Shown piece by piece: positions 1 to 11,829 of a DNA stretch of 64,000 bases. The DNA comes from Macrostomum lignano (taxonomy: Eukaryota), in assembly GCA_002269645.1 (NCBI GenBank), contig NIVC01001853.1:1-64000 (forward strand). Direction: 5' to 3'. The stretch's first letter is position 1. Each line of letters begins with the position of its first letter. Below the pieces are notes generated by a model. The model searched no databases. It saw only the letters and a program-made list of their open reading frames with translations, and was not told the DNA's origin. Made by a program: the position numbers and the translations under genes.

Positions 1-400
1 AGTCATGGTTCTTAAGGAGTTATGAGTCATGATTCATGAGGAGTTATGAGTCATTGTTCATGTGGAGCTATGAATCATGGCTTATGAGGAGTTATGAGTC
101 ATGATTCAAAAAAATTATGAGTCTTGGTTATGAGAAGTTATGAGTCATGGTTCATGAGGAGTTTTGAGTCATGGTTTATGGGGAGTTATGAGTCATGGTT
201 CACGGGAGTTATGAGTCACGGTTCATTAGAAATAAGTCATGGTTCATGAGGAGTTATGAGTCATTTTTTTATGAGGAGTTATGAGTCATGGTTCATAGGA
301 ATGAGTCATAGTTTAAAGGACTTGTCCATTGGTTCGGCGTAGTTGATTCTTAGTCATGGCTCATAAAAGCTGTTACTTATGAGTCATTGTTTATAGATGC
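1..400. repeat. Intronic minisatellite, about 24-bp unit GAGTTATGAGTCATGGTTCATGAG, decaying toward 400
   Basis: Repeated ATGAGTCATGGTTCAT units read directly; lies upstream of the PHTF acceptor at 476-477. Confidence 0.9.
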
Positions 401-446
401 TCGTATGAGTGTCGGTTTATATGTGTAGGCGAGTTGCAGGAAATGA

Positions 447-734
<288 letters not shown>

Positions 735-844
735 CTTCTGGACTGCTTTGGTGAGAACTGCTTTTTGCTGCAGACTGTTTGCCTGTAGTGGCAAGAACTT
801 AAAGCTGAATTTTCACTGTCTGTCGTGTTTGTTCGGTTCTCTAG

Positions 845-1030
845 CTCCTGACCAATCATAATTCGCTTATGTACCACCACCCCAAAATGTACACTGGCTC
901 CTGACCAATCAGAACTCGAACATGCACCCACCGCTCTACTATGTACACTTGGCTCCTGACCAATCAGAATTCGCCCATGCACCCACCACCCCATAATGTA
1001 CACTGGCTCTTGACCAATCAGAATTCGCCA
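845..1030. repeat. Four copies of an about 57-bp unit, each with CCAATCA, just 3' of the PHTF stop
   Basis: GTACACTGGCTCCTGACCAATCAGAATTCGCC-like units; CCAATCA at about 852, 906, 960 and 1014. Confidence 0.8.
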
Positions 1031-2707
1031 TCCTGTCACACACCATCCGATCCTACTAAATATGGGGTAGTTCAAGTGTTTACAACTGTTATATTGTCAA
1101 GTGTTTCAGCAATGTTTGCTAGCATTACTATGAGTAGTTAGCAGTATTTTCTGTTTAAAATAGCTTTACCGAAGGCGTAGAGACCCAGCTTAAAAAAGTT
1201 TCTCGCATGATTTTAGTTGCTGGTTGCTAACATAAAATATTTTTGCTGTGCTTAAACTGTCCTAAACCGAATCCTTATTTTTGCATTGCTTTCAATTACG
1301 CAACTCAATCCAATGTGATTAAATCAGATCGAAGCATGTGATTTATTGTGCGCCATCTGTCACACACAGAACATGTGATCGTTAAATCAGTTATATTAAA
1401 ACTTGCCCCTTCAATTGCTTGGCCCTATACTTATCCCCAATATTCTAATCGCATTTTTATGTACATAAAAGTGCATGTGCTTGTTCAGCTACTGCAAGTA
1501 GTGTGCAGATTAAATGTCGACTGTAAAAGATCGTTGGCTTTTTATAAATGTTTTACACAAAAAATTTTGCAATTTGCTTCAATTCTCTTTAGAGATCTGC
1601 AAGGAAAATTGAAATTTTATTTTTTCCATCAACTATTGCCTGAACTTGTCCCATCCTAGTATTCACAGTACTTTTTGTTTACCTAATAATATGATTTTAC
1701 TTGTAATTACAATTGCCATGTTTGGTCAGATAGATATTTCTTTTCACGCTTCTAACAAAAAAGTGCATCTGACAACGTAAAGTACATCAGACGTCATAAA
1801 AGTGCACGCAAGTCGTTAAAGTACATCATTAAATATCATTTGTATTATACTTATTGCACTTTTGCATTGTCAAACATAAAATTCTAGTATTACTACTACT
1901 AAATCTGTTGAAAACAGTAGTGCAGTTCTAACATCAGTGTATTAATTATCATTATCAATATTATCAGTTTCTATAAAAAATGCATTGTCTTTTTTTTGCA
2001 TCACATAGTCGTTATTTTTGTCAGTTCTTTTTCAAGCTCTACTACTTTTGTATTTTGAGTAGTCACAGATGGTCATTGCTGTTCAGATTTGTCTGTCGGA
2101 ACACCTCGCAACCTCATTGCGTCTACCAGAGTTTTGTCCGCCTGCCTGCATGCAGTAATTCTGAGTCCTGCAGTAACTTTAATGCCATACTGAATGCCGT
2201 CTACGATATTATTGCAACCGAAAATATTAATGAAGTTTTTATTCTCCCAAATATTTGCTTTTTATTCGACTAAAAATGAAAAAATAATTGTAACTAATAC
2301 TTTAATATATGGTTTTTACCTTCTGCCCTGTCTTTTATCACCCTGTCTGACCTTATTTGACCCCAATGAACCGAGGCGAACAATTTTAAAGTGCAAGAGT
2401 GCTAATATCGTCATATTAATTATGCATAGATTATCCAGCTTAACCAGATTCATCTCCAATTCGATGTCATTTTGTACTTTAGCGATTGCCGTGTACCGCT
2501 CTCAAGGCTCACCAAAATAAATAAAATATAACATCGATTTGAGCTCGTGTGCTCATCTATAAACCTGATTTGAGTAGCTTTTCGGTTGCTTTATTTAATT
2601 TGATTAGTCAACTTAGCAAATCTGACTCGATACAAGATTGTAATGAATCCGAAAGGATTTTCATTTACTTCTGTGTGCTCTTTGCGGGGCTCTTAAGCTG
2701 CCGTTAT

Positions 2708-3130
2708 GATAATCTCACCCCAGTGTGTGTTGATGACTGGATAATCTCCCCCAGTGTGTGTTGATGACTGTATAATCTCACCCCAGTGTGTGTTGATGAC
2801 TGGATAATCTCACCCATGTGTTTGTTGATGACTGGATAATCTCACCCAGTGTGTGTTGATGATTGGATAATCTCACCCCAGTGTGTATTGATGACTGGAT
2901 AATCTCACCACTGTGTGTGTTGAGAACTGGATAATCTCACCCCAGTGTGTGTTGAGAACTGGATAATCTCACCACAGTGTGTATTGATGACTGGATAATC
3001 TCACCCCAGTGTGTATTGATGTCTGGATAATTTTACCCCAGTGTGTATTGATGAGTCGATAATCTCACCCCAGTGTGTGTTTATGACTGAATAATCTCGC
3101 TCAGTGTGTGTTGATGAGTCAATAATCTTA
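2708..3130. repeat. Minisatellite, 31-32-bp unit GATAATCTCACCCCAGTGTGTGTTGATGACTG, about 13 copies
   Basis: Direct reading of tandem units. Confidence 0.92.
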
Positions 3131-3315
3131 CGTAGAAAGTCAACTCACGTCTAACACATATTTTTAGTAAATGGTGAAAGAGCTTAAAAGTTCGTTTGCA
3201 CATGTAGAGACTAAAAATAACTCACTTGAGAAGTCAGCAGCCAGCTCGTTTGCCAGATAGGAGCACAAGATTACGTAAAGATCGTTAGTTCTTCGCATTT
3301 CTGCCTTTTTTAATT

Positions 3316-3339
3316 TACTAACTGCATTTATTTATGCAG
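3316..3339 (+). promoter_or_regulatory. Branch point and 3' splice acceptor 36 nt upstream of the UNG ATG (5'UTR intron or trans-splice acceptor)
   Basis: TACTAAC at 3316-3322, T-rich tract and TGCAG ending at 3339; an in-frame TAA lies between the acceptor and the ATG at 3376. Confidence 0.55.
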
Positions 3340-3375
3340 ATTAGATAACGCTAGCTCACAGCAAAAGCAGCAGAC

Positions 3376-4843
3376 ATGCCACCAAAGACAACTCGAAGAA
3401 ACACAAATAAAAGAAAGGCTTTAGCAGAATCAGCCAAAACTGCCCCAGACGCCAAGGTGGCAAAAGCACAGAAATCTGCAAAAGCAGATAAGTCTGCAAA
3501 CGCAGAGAAATCTAAAAAAGCAGAGAAATCTGCAAAAACAAAAAATTTCGGCACAGCTGCTTCCGCGATGAATCCTTTCGCCGACTTGCCCGGCACCCTG
3601 ACAGATCCGGGCTGGCGGCGGCTGCTGCAGCCGCTGTTCCAGACAGACAGCTGGCGGGCTTTGATTGACAAGCTGGCAGCTCGTCAGGCTGGTGGGGAGG
3701 TCATTTATCCGCCGGTCAGCTGCGTGCTGCGGGCCTTCAATCTGACACCTCTGGACTCCGTTCGGGTGGTCATCCTTGGCCAGGACCCTTATCACGGGCC
3801 TGGGCAGGTAGGGGCGCTGCGGTGACTGGCTTATCATTTTCATGTTCCTTGGGACTTGGGTCCTTTGATGTTTACCGCTGCCCAAATTGCAAGTATTTGA
3901 TGTTTGCCGCTTCCTAAATTCTTTGATGTTTGCCGCTTCCCAAATTCTTTGATGTCTGCCGCCCACCCAAATTCTTTGATGTCTGCCGCCCATCCAAATT
4001 ATTTGATGTTTGCCGTCCATCCAAATTCTTTGATGTTTGCCGCCAACCAAATTCTTTGATGTTTGTCGTTTCCCAAACTTTTTGATGTTTGCCGCCATCC
4101 GAATTCTTTGATGTTTGCCGTCACCCAAAATCTATGTTTGCCGCCACCCAAAATCTCTGATGTTTGCCACCACCGATATTCTTTGATGTTTGCCGCCAGC
4201 CGCCTCCCAAATCCTTTGATCCCTCTTTCCTTCACCTTAATTGCCACAGCTTGGCTGTTCTGCATCACCCCTACAATGCTCCAACCCTCTTGTCTTCCCC
4301 AGGCAGACGGACTCGCCTTCTCTTTCTCGGGCAACGAGGCGCTGCCGCCAACGCTGAAGAACCTCTTCAAGGAGCTCGCCGCCGACATTCCAGGCTTCGT
4401 GGCGCCGAAGTCGGGCTGCTTGGAGAAATGGGCGCGGCAGGGCGTACTGCTGCTGAACACGGCGCTGACTGTGGGGTGAGCGCTGCTGCTGCTGGTGCCA
4501 TTGCAGTTTTCAGTTGCTGTGGCCGCATCTGAGCTGAGCCCCCCCCCCCGGTGCACTGCAGCGCCGGCAAGCCCGGCTCCCACGCCAAGCTGGGCTGGGC
4601 CGCCTTCACCGACGAGGTGCTGAGGCTGCTGTGCGCCAACGCCAGGCAGCCCCTGGTGTTCCTGCTGTGGGGCAAACCGGCCCAGGCCAAGGCCCCCTGC
4701 TGAGCTGCGGGCCCAGTCACGTGATCCTCACCGCCGCGCACCCGTCGCCTGCCGCCTGCGGCGCCTTCAACGGCTGTCGGCATTTTTCAAAGGCCAACGC
4801 CGCCCTGACTGCGGGACCTGCAGTTGACTGGCGGCTGGATTGA
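3376..4843 (+). CDS. UNG: Family-1 uracil-DNA glycosylase; exons 3376-3807, 4303-4475, 4562-4843; Lys/Ala-rich N-terminal extension
   Basis: Motifs [10 protein letters not shown] (exon 1), [27 protein letters not shown] (exon 2), [32 protein letters not shown] (exon 3). GT-AG introns 3808-4302 (phase 0) and 4476-4561 (phase 2) are in phase. One -1 shift in the C-run near 4693-4697. Confidence 0.95.
3880..4215. repeat. Minisatellite in UNG intron 1, about 26-27-bp unit CCAAATTCTTTGATGTTTGCCGCC
   Basis: About 11 degenerate tandem units between the donor at 3808 and the acceptor at 4302. Confidence 0.88.
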
Positions 4844-4854
4844 AGGGGTGGAAC

Positions 4855-5220
4855 TGCAGGGTCTGGGACTGAGGGTGTGGGACTGCAGAGTGTGGGACTG
4901 AGGGTGTAGGACTGGGGGTGTGGGACTGCAGAGTGTGGGACTGAGGGTGTAGGACTGGGGGTGTGGGACTGCAGAGTGTGGGACTGAGGGTGTGGGACTG
5001 CAGAGTGTGGGACTGAGGGTGTGGGACTGGGGGTGTGGGTGTGGACTGCAGGAGGTGGGACTGAGGGGGTGGGACTGCAGGGTGTGGGACAGAATGTGGG
5101 ACTGCAGGGTGTTGGACTGCAGGGTGTGGGACTGCAGGGTGTGGGACTGCAGGGTATGGGACTGCAGGGTGTGGGACTGCAGGGTGTGGGACTGAGGGTA
5201 TGGGACTAAGAATGTTGGAC
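4855..5220. repeat. Minisatellite of 14-15-bp units (GGGTGTGGGACTGCA / GAGTGTGGGACTGA) just after the UNG stop
   Basis: Direct reading; explains the VGLQG/CRVWD pseudo-ORFs. Confidence 0.92.
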
Positions 5221-5639
5221 TGTTGTTGTGAGGACGGAGAGCCTCAATTACTCAATTTAAACATGTAGCGTCATTTTCTATGCTTTGTGCCTTTTCTCTG
5301 TGAATCTTATTTAATTTACGAGTATAATTTACACATTAAAGTTTTCTATCTGCCTTTTTATCTATTAGACAAGCTGTTGAAACCCGCGGAATTTGAACCC
5401 GGGGAATTCCAACCCCCGGAACTATTTTTGCATGTATTCTGAAATCTGAGCCCATACTTAAACAAAAACTTTTTAACAGTTAGGAATTTAGGATAGAGTT
5501 AAACATAAAATAGAGTACATTCGTGTACAATTAGTATTTGAAGCAAACATTAATATTGTTGGTTGGGGTGCTGCACAGAATGTCAGGCAAACTCATGGCC
5601 TCTGCCTCTCCTTGTGTCCCTTTGAAGTTGGATCCTTAG

Positions 5640-7030
5640 AAACTTCTATCTCTACCTTCTCTTCTGTTTTCTCTCTTCTCTGGTCTATGGTCTCTTCTCT
5701 CTCTCTTCTATCCCCTCTTCTCTCGTCTATTCCCTCTTATTATTTTCTCTCCTCTCCTCTCCTCTCTCGTCTCTGCTCTCTTATCTCTCCCTTTCTCCTG
5801 TTTTATCTCTTCCCATTTCTCTCTGCTCTATATTCTATCTTCTCTCTGCTCTCTACTCTCTCTTCTCTCTGCTCTCTACTCTATCTTCCCTCTGCTCGAT
5901 CTGCACTATCTTCTCTCTGCTCTCTACTATCTTCTCTCTGCTCTCTACTATCTTCTCTCTGCTCTCTACTATCTTCTCTCTGCTCTCTACTCTCTATTCT
6001 CTCTTCCCTCTCCCCTCTTCTCACTCCTTACTCTACCCTCTCCGAACACTTCTCCTCTCTCCTTTCTCCTCTCCTCCCTCCTCTGTACTCTGTACTCTCT
6101 CGTCTCTCTGTCCTCTCTTCTATCGTCTCTTCCTTCACCTCTCCTCTCTCGTCTTTGCTCTCTTATCTATCTCACCTTTCTCTTCTTTTATATTTTCTCT
6201 CTTATCTCTTCTCATTTCTCTCTGCATGCTCTCTACCTCTATCTCTCCCTCTCTCTCCTCACCCCTCTCTCATCCTTTCCCCTCTTTCCCCTGTCCTCTC
6301 GATTCTCTCCCCTCCCCTCCTCTTTCCTCACTCACTTCTCTCTCTCTCTCCCTTTGTCTCACCTTTCATCTCTCATCTCTTATTTCTTATCTATCCTCTT
6401 TTCTCTCTACTCTCCCATCTCTCCTGTGTTCACTCTCGTCTTTGCTCTCTTAGTCTTATCTTCCCTCTCTCATCTGTCATCTTTACTCTCGTATACTCGT
6501 ATGTTCTCACCTCTCTCCTCTGTACTCTTCTCTTTCCCCTCATCTGACTCCTCTCTCCTCTCTCCTCTCAGATATCGTGTTCACTCTCATCCCCTCTCTT
6601 TTCTGCCATCTGTACTCTCCAATCTTCAGTGTACTCTTCTCTTTACCCTCCTCAGATTACTCTCTTTCCTTACTCCTCTTCTCTTCTCTCTTCTATACTC
6701 TCTCCCCTCTATTCTCTTCTCTCGCCTTTCTGCACTCTGCTCTCTCCTCCTTCATCTCTCATCTCTACTCTCTTCTCACTCTTCTCTGCTCTCCTCTGTC
6801 ATCGATCCTGTCTCATCTCTCCCATCTTCTCTCTCCCTCTTCTCACTTCTACTCTTTCCTCTCTCTTCTCTCTCCCCTCCTCTCGCTTCTTACTCCAATA
6901 TTATCTGCTCACTCCTTATCCTTACCCCATCATCTCTCTTCTTGTCTTCTATCTTTTCTCTTATCCTCCTCTCGCTTCTCCTCTCTTCTTATAGTCTATT
7001 CCTTCTCCTTTTCACTCTCATCTCATCAGC
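5640..7030. repeat. Long CT-rich low-complexity (polypyrimidine) tract
   Basis: Almost purely C/T sequence with TCTTCTCTCTGCTCTCTACTA subrepeats at 5860-6000. Confidence 0.92.
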
Positions 7031-7820
7031 CATGAGCTTGATTCTTTATCTGGCATTTGAGGTTAAAGTCTGTCAATCCCCGCTTCGAAAGCGTTTGTGG
7101 GACGTAGTACTCTCATAGTTGTTATGCTTTAATCACATCATATTTCTGGCCAATTAGCAGCCCTGAGAGGAATTTGTGTATCTCCCTCCAGCCCAGCTCC
7201 ACCACCACAGTCTGCAGCAGTCTAGCAACCAAGGAAATACGTATTTCTTAGGAGCCATTTAAATTTTAAAGTACCTTATGCGAATCTTGATGTTAAAATT
7301 TTCATGGTGTAACTAATTTAGTAGGATTGCATTGTAATCACTACTAATCAGTTATTCATTAATTTTTCGCTATTTTTATAAACCATCCCACATCGCCTTG
7401 ATTTGCCATCCACTGTTAAACGGCTGCAGACTTGTCTATACAGAGGACAGTGGTTTGAATCTCTCGCTGAAACTGTCTCTCCTCTCCACGCCTCTCCGCG
7501 CGCGGGTGCCGAGAAGGCTATTAAAAAGTTATTCCAAAACACTGTACATTCGCTAAGTACATTGAGCCCTATCGCCTGACCCTTCGTCTGGGCTGGGGGA
7601 ATGAGTGAGTGAGAGGCACAAACAACAGAAAAGCAGACAAAATTCACATGCTTACAGTTTCTGTCCTGATTGAGATACAGAGTTGAGACTTTACATGTAG
7701 ACAGAGAATGAGTCAATAAAGAATTGTGTCAAATTTGAAGTCAATCGCTTCACGTGGAGCAAAACTATGGCAGCCGAAAGTTAGGCATTTTAAAACCTAC
7801 TCACACCCTTTGCCCAGATC

Positions 7821-8760
7821 TAGGGATTCCAATCCCGGGATCCCGGGATCCCGGGATCCCGGGATTGGGGCCAAAAATCCGGGATTTGAATCCCGGGATT
7901 TTTTGGGAATCGAATCCCGGGATTTTTAATCCCGGGATTGCAAAAGACCGGGATCGGGATCCCGGGATTTCAAGGCCTTAATCCCGGGATTGGTCCGGGA
8001 TTAGAACGACCTTTCAATGCCTAAATTAGATAATTTAAAGTCTAAACGTTTATTTGAATAATAAAACATTTATTTGTTTTTGCTGTTTCTCAATGAAACG
8101 TTAAACATTTGCAAAGCTCCTGTCCTAATTGAGCTAAAAATTGTTAATGTGAACTGTAAATTATAGATAATTTTAACTTTTTTTTCGTTTTCTACCACGA
8201 GACGAGACTGAGGGCCTTTTCATATTGCTTGCTCTGGTTCCAGAACAAGAACCAATTTGTGAAGTATAAACTTTTTGTCTCCATAACTAGAGGGAGATAC
8301 GTGCTATAAAGTTTTTATTATTGAATGACAGTCGCCAAGAAGAAAGTGAAAAATTGTGCTAAGTGAGGCTGTTAAGGCAGTCAAATATTAACAGAGTTTA
8401 ATAGTTATACTGCTGTTTTTCTTCGAATTCCGAACCGATTCTGGTTCTGGAATTGGTAATATGAAAAGGCCCTGAGACTCTGAGAGTCGCGAGACCATGA
8501 CTACTGCACGCGGCACGCCGCACAGTCCGTCTAGCAATTTAGGGATTCCAATCCCGGGATCCCGGGATCCCGGGATTGGGGCCAAAAATCCGGGATTTGA
8601 ATCCCGGGATTTTTTTGGGAATCGAATCCCGGGATTTTTAATCCCGGGATTGCAAAAGCACCGGGATTCCGGGATTTTGAATCCCGGGATTTCAACAGCA
8701 TCGGGATTTCGGGACTATTCAATCCCGGGATTGTAAAATGTCGGGATTTTGGAATCCCTA
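7821..8760. mobile_element. Non-autonomous hAT-type DNA transposon (940 bp), composite with two left ends
   Basis: TIR TAGGGATTCC (7821-7830) / GGAATCCCTA (8751-8760); perfect 8-bp TSD CCCAGATC at 7813-7820 and 8761-8768; many palindromic ATCCCGGGAT subterminal repeats; second left end at 8540. Confidence 0.88.
8211..8473. mobile_element. Small MITE-like element nested inside the hAT element
   Basis: 16-bp perfect inverted repeat AGGGCCTTTTCATATT (8211-8226) / AATATGAAAAGGCCCT (8458-8473), plus an internal TTCCAGAAC inverted match; flanks GAGACTG / GAGACTC. Confidence 0.55.
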
Positions 8761-10078
8761 CCCAGATCGGGAAAGAGAGGCAGGCGGGCGGAGGTTGGGG
8801 TGGCTGCCTCGCTGAAAAAAACAGCCAAACTTTAAAAGTGCACAGCGCCGTTCAGGATTAACTTTCAGACTCGAAATTTTACATGATTGTGCCAAAATAG
8901 TTTAAGATTATCTGTGTCAAATTTGAAGAGAATCGGTAGAAGTGGAGCGGCGCTATGGAGGATTTAGTGAAAAAAATGCGCATTTTGAGCAGTTTTTTGC
9001 ACTTTTAGGTAGGAAGACTCAAATTTAGGAAATTAAAAGGTAGCCTAAGACATTCTCCGTAGTAAGTTTAGGGTGGGTGTAAAGTTTGGTGTCATTTGGT
9101 TGAGCGGTTTGGGAGTCCATAGCGATCAAAATTGTCCACACACAGACACACACAGAGTTTTGATTTTTATAGTTAGAGATAGGTTTTAAAATCTTTTCAT
9201 TCTCCTAAATAAACACCTTACATTGTCAGTAGACTGCCACAATTTCACAAAGCCAGAATTCCTAATTCAACAAAATCTGTCTAAATCTGCACTTACTACT
9301 GCTGGTGTTTAAGTTTTGGTTAGGTTATTTTGCGGATAAACTCCACAGGAAGCTCACTAAAACCCCACGGCTCGGTCCTGGACTCGAACCCTGAACTTAA
9401 TTTACGCTCGTATTTCCGTAACCTTCTGTCCAATTGCTAGTGGGACAAATAACGAAGACGGAATGACTAACACTTAGGAAGGCTATATTTAGCAACAGGC
9501 GGGCAGTGAAAGTTTTAAACGGTCTTAAAAAGTCGGAAGAGAGAGACCTGGTTATATTTAAAGGTAATAAAATGGACCTCTTCGTGCGCCACGGGCACGA
9601 GAGGCCTAAATTATCGATCGTGGAACTATTATACGACTAGACGTTCTAAGTACGCACAAAACAGGCACAGCTAAAACGGCCCAATTGGGAGCTACCAAAC
9701 GCAAAAATACATAGAGAAAGTAGAAAAGGGATAATTATTGTCAATTTATATTCATAAATCTGACACCTTTCCATCTAAAAGTCGTCTTAACTTGAGCCAC
9801 CGGGCTGCTGAAACGCTCGCACATCTCCAAGTGTATATTATGAGGCAAATCTGCAAAGCAAGGCTGGCATTTCAAGGACATTCAAGCCACCCTTGCAGAG
9901 CATCAGAGCTGGCACTGAGAGCGAGTGGCAGGTCGCATCATTCTATATTTAGAATTTGGTTTATGGCACAGAGCAGGCATCAAATATGGACGGCAATATT
10001 GAAATGGCCGCAGTTTTGAGTTCATCAGCAGCGTGCGGAGCTCTTGGATCGGACAGAAAAATGAATGGCGACTGGGGC

Positions 10079-10250
10079 TGTTATGACTTCTTCTCTAGCG
10101 GAAGACAGTGAGCGAAGAACTCTTAATAATTGCTTTCTAAACCGAGCGTCTTATTTGATGTTCGTAACCTTCTTTTATTTCCAAGCTTGAAGCATCGCTT
10201 CTTTAGCTTATGGCTGGGTGTGTGTGCGACTGAGTCGTCTATGGCCAACA
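10079..10250 (-). mobile_element. 3' LTR (172 bp) of the minus-strand Gypsy element, preceded by a polypurine tract
   Basis: Minus strand reads AAGGGGGAGA (PPT, about 10251-10261), then TGTTGG...AATAAA...TCATAACA; TGTT/AACA termini. Confidence 0.8.
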
Positions 10251-10308
10251 TCTCCCCCCTTACAATGGCAAAGAATTTTTTTTTAAGTTAATGCGGGAGG
10301 AACAAATT

Positions 10309-11829
10309 TTAGCACTTATAGTTAACTTTGGGTTTCTCCGAAAGTCGCATGCTTCTTCTGGGTTCAATAGTATCCTCGGGAACCTCAGGGATCGGAGGTG
10401 TACGCAGCCCCTCTTGTTGTGGAGGCTCCTCTTCTTGTTTTCTCCCTGCCGCGTGCTCGCCAGCCCCGGGTGGCATTCTGTCGGTTTCTGCGGACTCCTC
10501 GCCGGTTAGACTGTACGGATGTAGCTGATCCAGATGAACCTTTCGATACTTTGAGTTCGGTTCATCTGTCTTGATCATGGCCATGCTCCTTCCGATAGGC
10601 AAAAGCAGTTTTGCAGTGATTGGCTTGTCTCTCTCATTTTTGTAGATAACTGGATCCTCCAGTCCAACTTGCCTCTTGGTAAACGGAACCCTGAGCTTGT
10701 GCCCCAGCAGCTGTTCCGCTGGTGACGATCCCGCTTTGTTGTCTGATGCGCGATAAAACAGCAAGAAGCGGTCAACAGACTCTTGACTGAAGCCATTTGC
10801 TTTGATGCTTTCTTTTAGCGTGCGTACGAAACGCTCTGCAACCCCATTACTTTGTGGGTGATAAGCTGCAATAGTTAGGTGCTCACAGTCAACTCCTGCC
10901 AACCACTCCGTAAACTCCTTGCTGATAAAGCATGGTCCGTTATCTGACACAAGTGTCCTTGGAATTCCAAGCTGAGAAAATGTCCTCCTGAGACACTGAA
11001 TGACAGTTCGGGAAGTCATATCTTTGGTAATGTGGACTTTAGGATATCCGCTGTAAGAATCTACCAGAACGAGCATGTAGTGGTTGTCGATCGGTCCTGC
11101 AAAGTCGATATGAACACGATCCCAAGGTCCCGCAGCTTCAGGCCAACTGGAGCGAAAATTCCTATTTTGCGGTTTTGCGGTCCTACAGATCTGGCACAAA
11201 CCGACTGTCCGTTCGATATCGCTGTCCATGGCTGGCCACCAAAACTCCGCACGTGCCAAGGACTTGGTGCGGGACATTCCCAAATGAACTTTGTGCACTG
11301 CTGCAATCGCTTTCATGCGTAAGGATTTTGGAATAATGATCCTGTGGCCTCGAAGAATAACATCGTCCTGAACGCAAAGTTCTTCTCGCACATATTTGAA
11401 AGGTCGCAGCCTAGGGTGTTTGAAGCTTCCTGTCTTTATAGCGCTCTTCAGCAAGCACATTTCGTTACACCGCTTCGTTGCTAGCCTGATTTCTTCCAGA
11501 GACACTGTAGTTGAAACCGTGTGAATGTTACCAATCTCTAGCGTTTCACCGCTTCTTCCTTGCGGAACCAATCTTGAGAGCGCGTCAGATGCCATAGCTT
11601 TAGATTTTCGATACTCGATCTCGTAATCGTACGCCGTGAGAAATATTTACTCTCACGTTGTTGATTTACTCGTGCCACCGGTCTTTCTATGTGAAAAGTC
11701 TGAGCCTCTGCAGGCTTTGGCAAAATGATTAGCCTTGCCACACCGGTAGCAGGTCTTACCATACGCTGGGCATTTAAACTTTTCATGATTGCCGCCACAC
11801 TTCTTGCACAGCCGATCCGCCACTGCTGG
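10309..11829 (-). mobile_element. Decayed Ty3/Gypsy retrotransposon: Gag CCHC knuckles joined to the RNase H tail and an intact integrase ORF (10309-11595)
   Basis: CKKCGGNHEKFKC..CYRCGKANHFAKAC (11808-11710); FLTAYDYEIEYRKSKAMASDALSRL; integrase HHCC (VHKVHLG..CQIC) and DDE core (RVHIDFAGP, LVSDNGPCF, SNGVAERFVRTLK). Protease and RT are absent. Confidence 0.92.

Larger units (their letters stand above)
7715..9180 (+). mobile_element. Possible non-autonomous Helitron/Helentron (DINE-1/HINE-like) repeat, interrupted by the hAT element
   Basis: Motif GTGTCAAATTTGAAG at about 7726 and 8914; ends GTAAAGTTTGG..AGCGGTTT..CACAGACACACACAGA..TTTTATAGTTAGAGAT, the short microsatellite plus T-rich tail layout seen in DINE-1-like elements. 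Family assignment is by resemblance only. Confidence 0.35.

Noticed and set aside
2380-3298. Possible divergent gene head-to-head with UNG (ATG 3298, donor GTGAGT at 3225)
   Set aside because: The next candidate exon at 2670 hits stops in all frames and no homology is recognisable.
5612-7118. Long Leu/Ser-rich ORFs (up to 311 aa)
   Set aside because: Stop-free by composition in a CT-rich tract; open in several frames, no splice or homology support.
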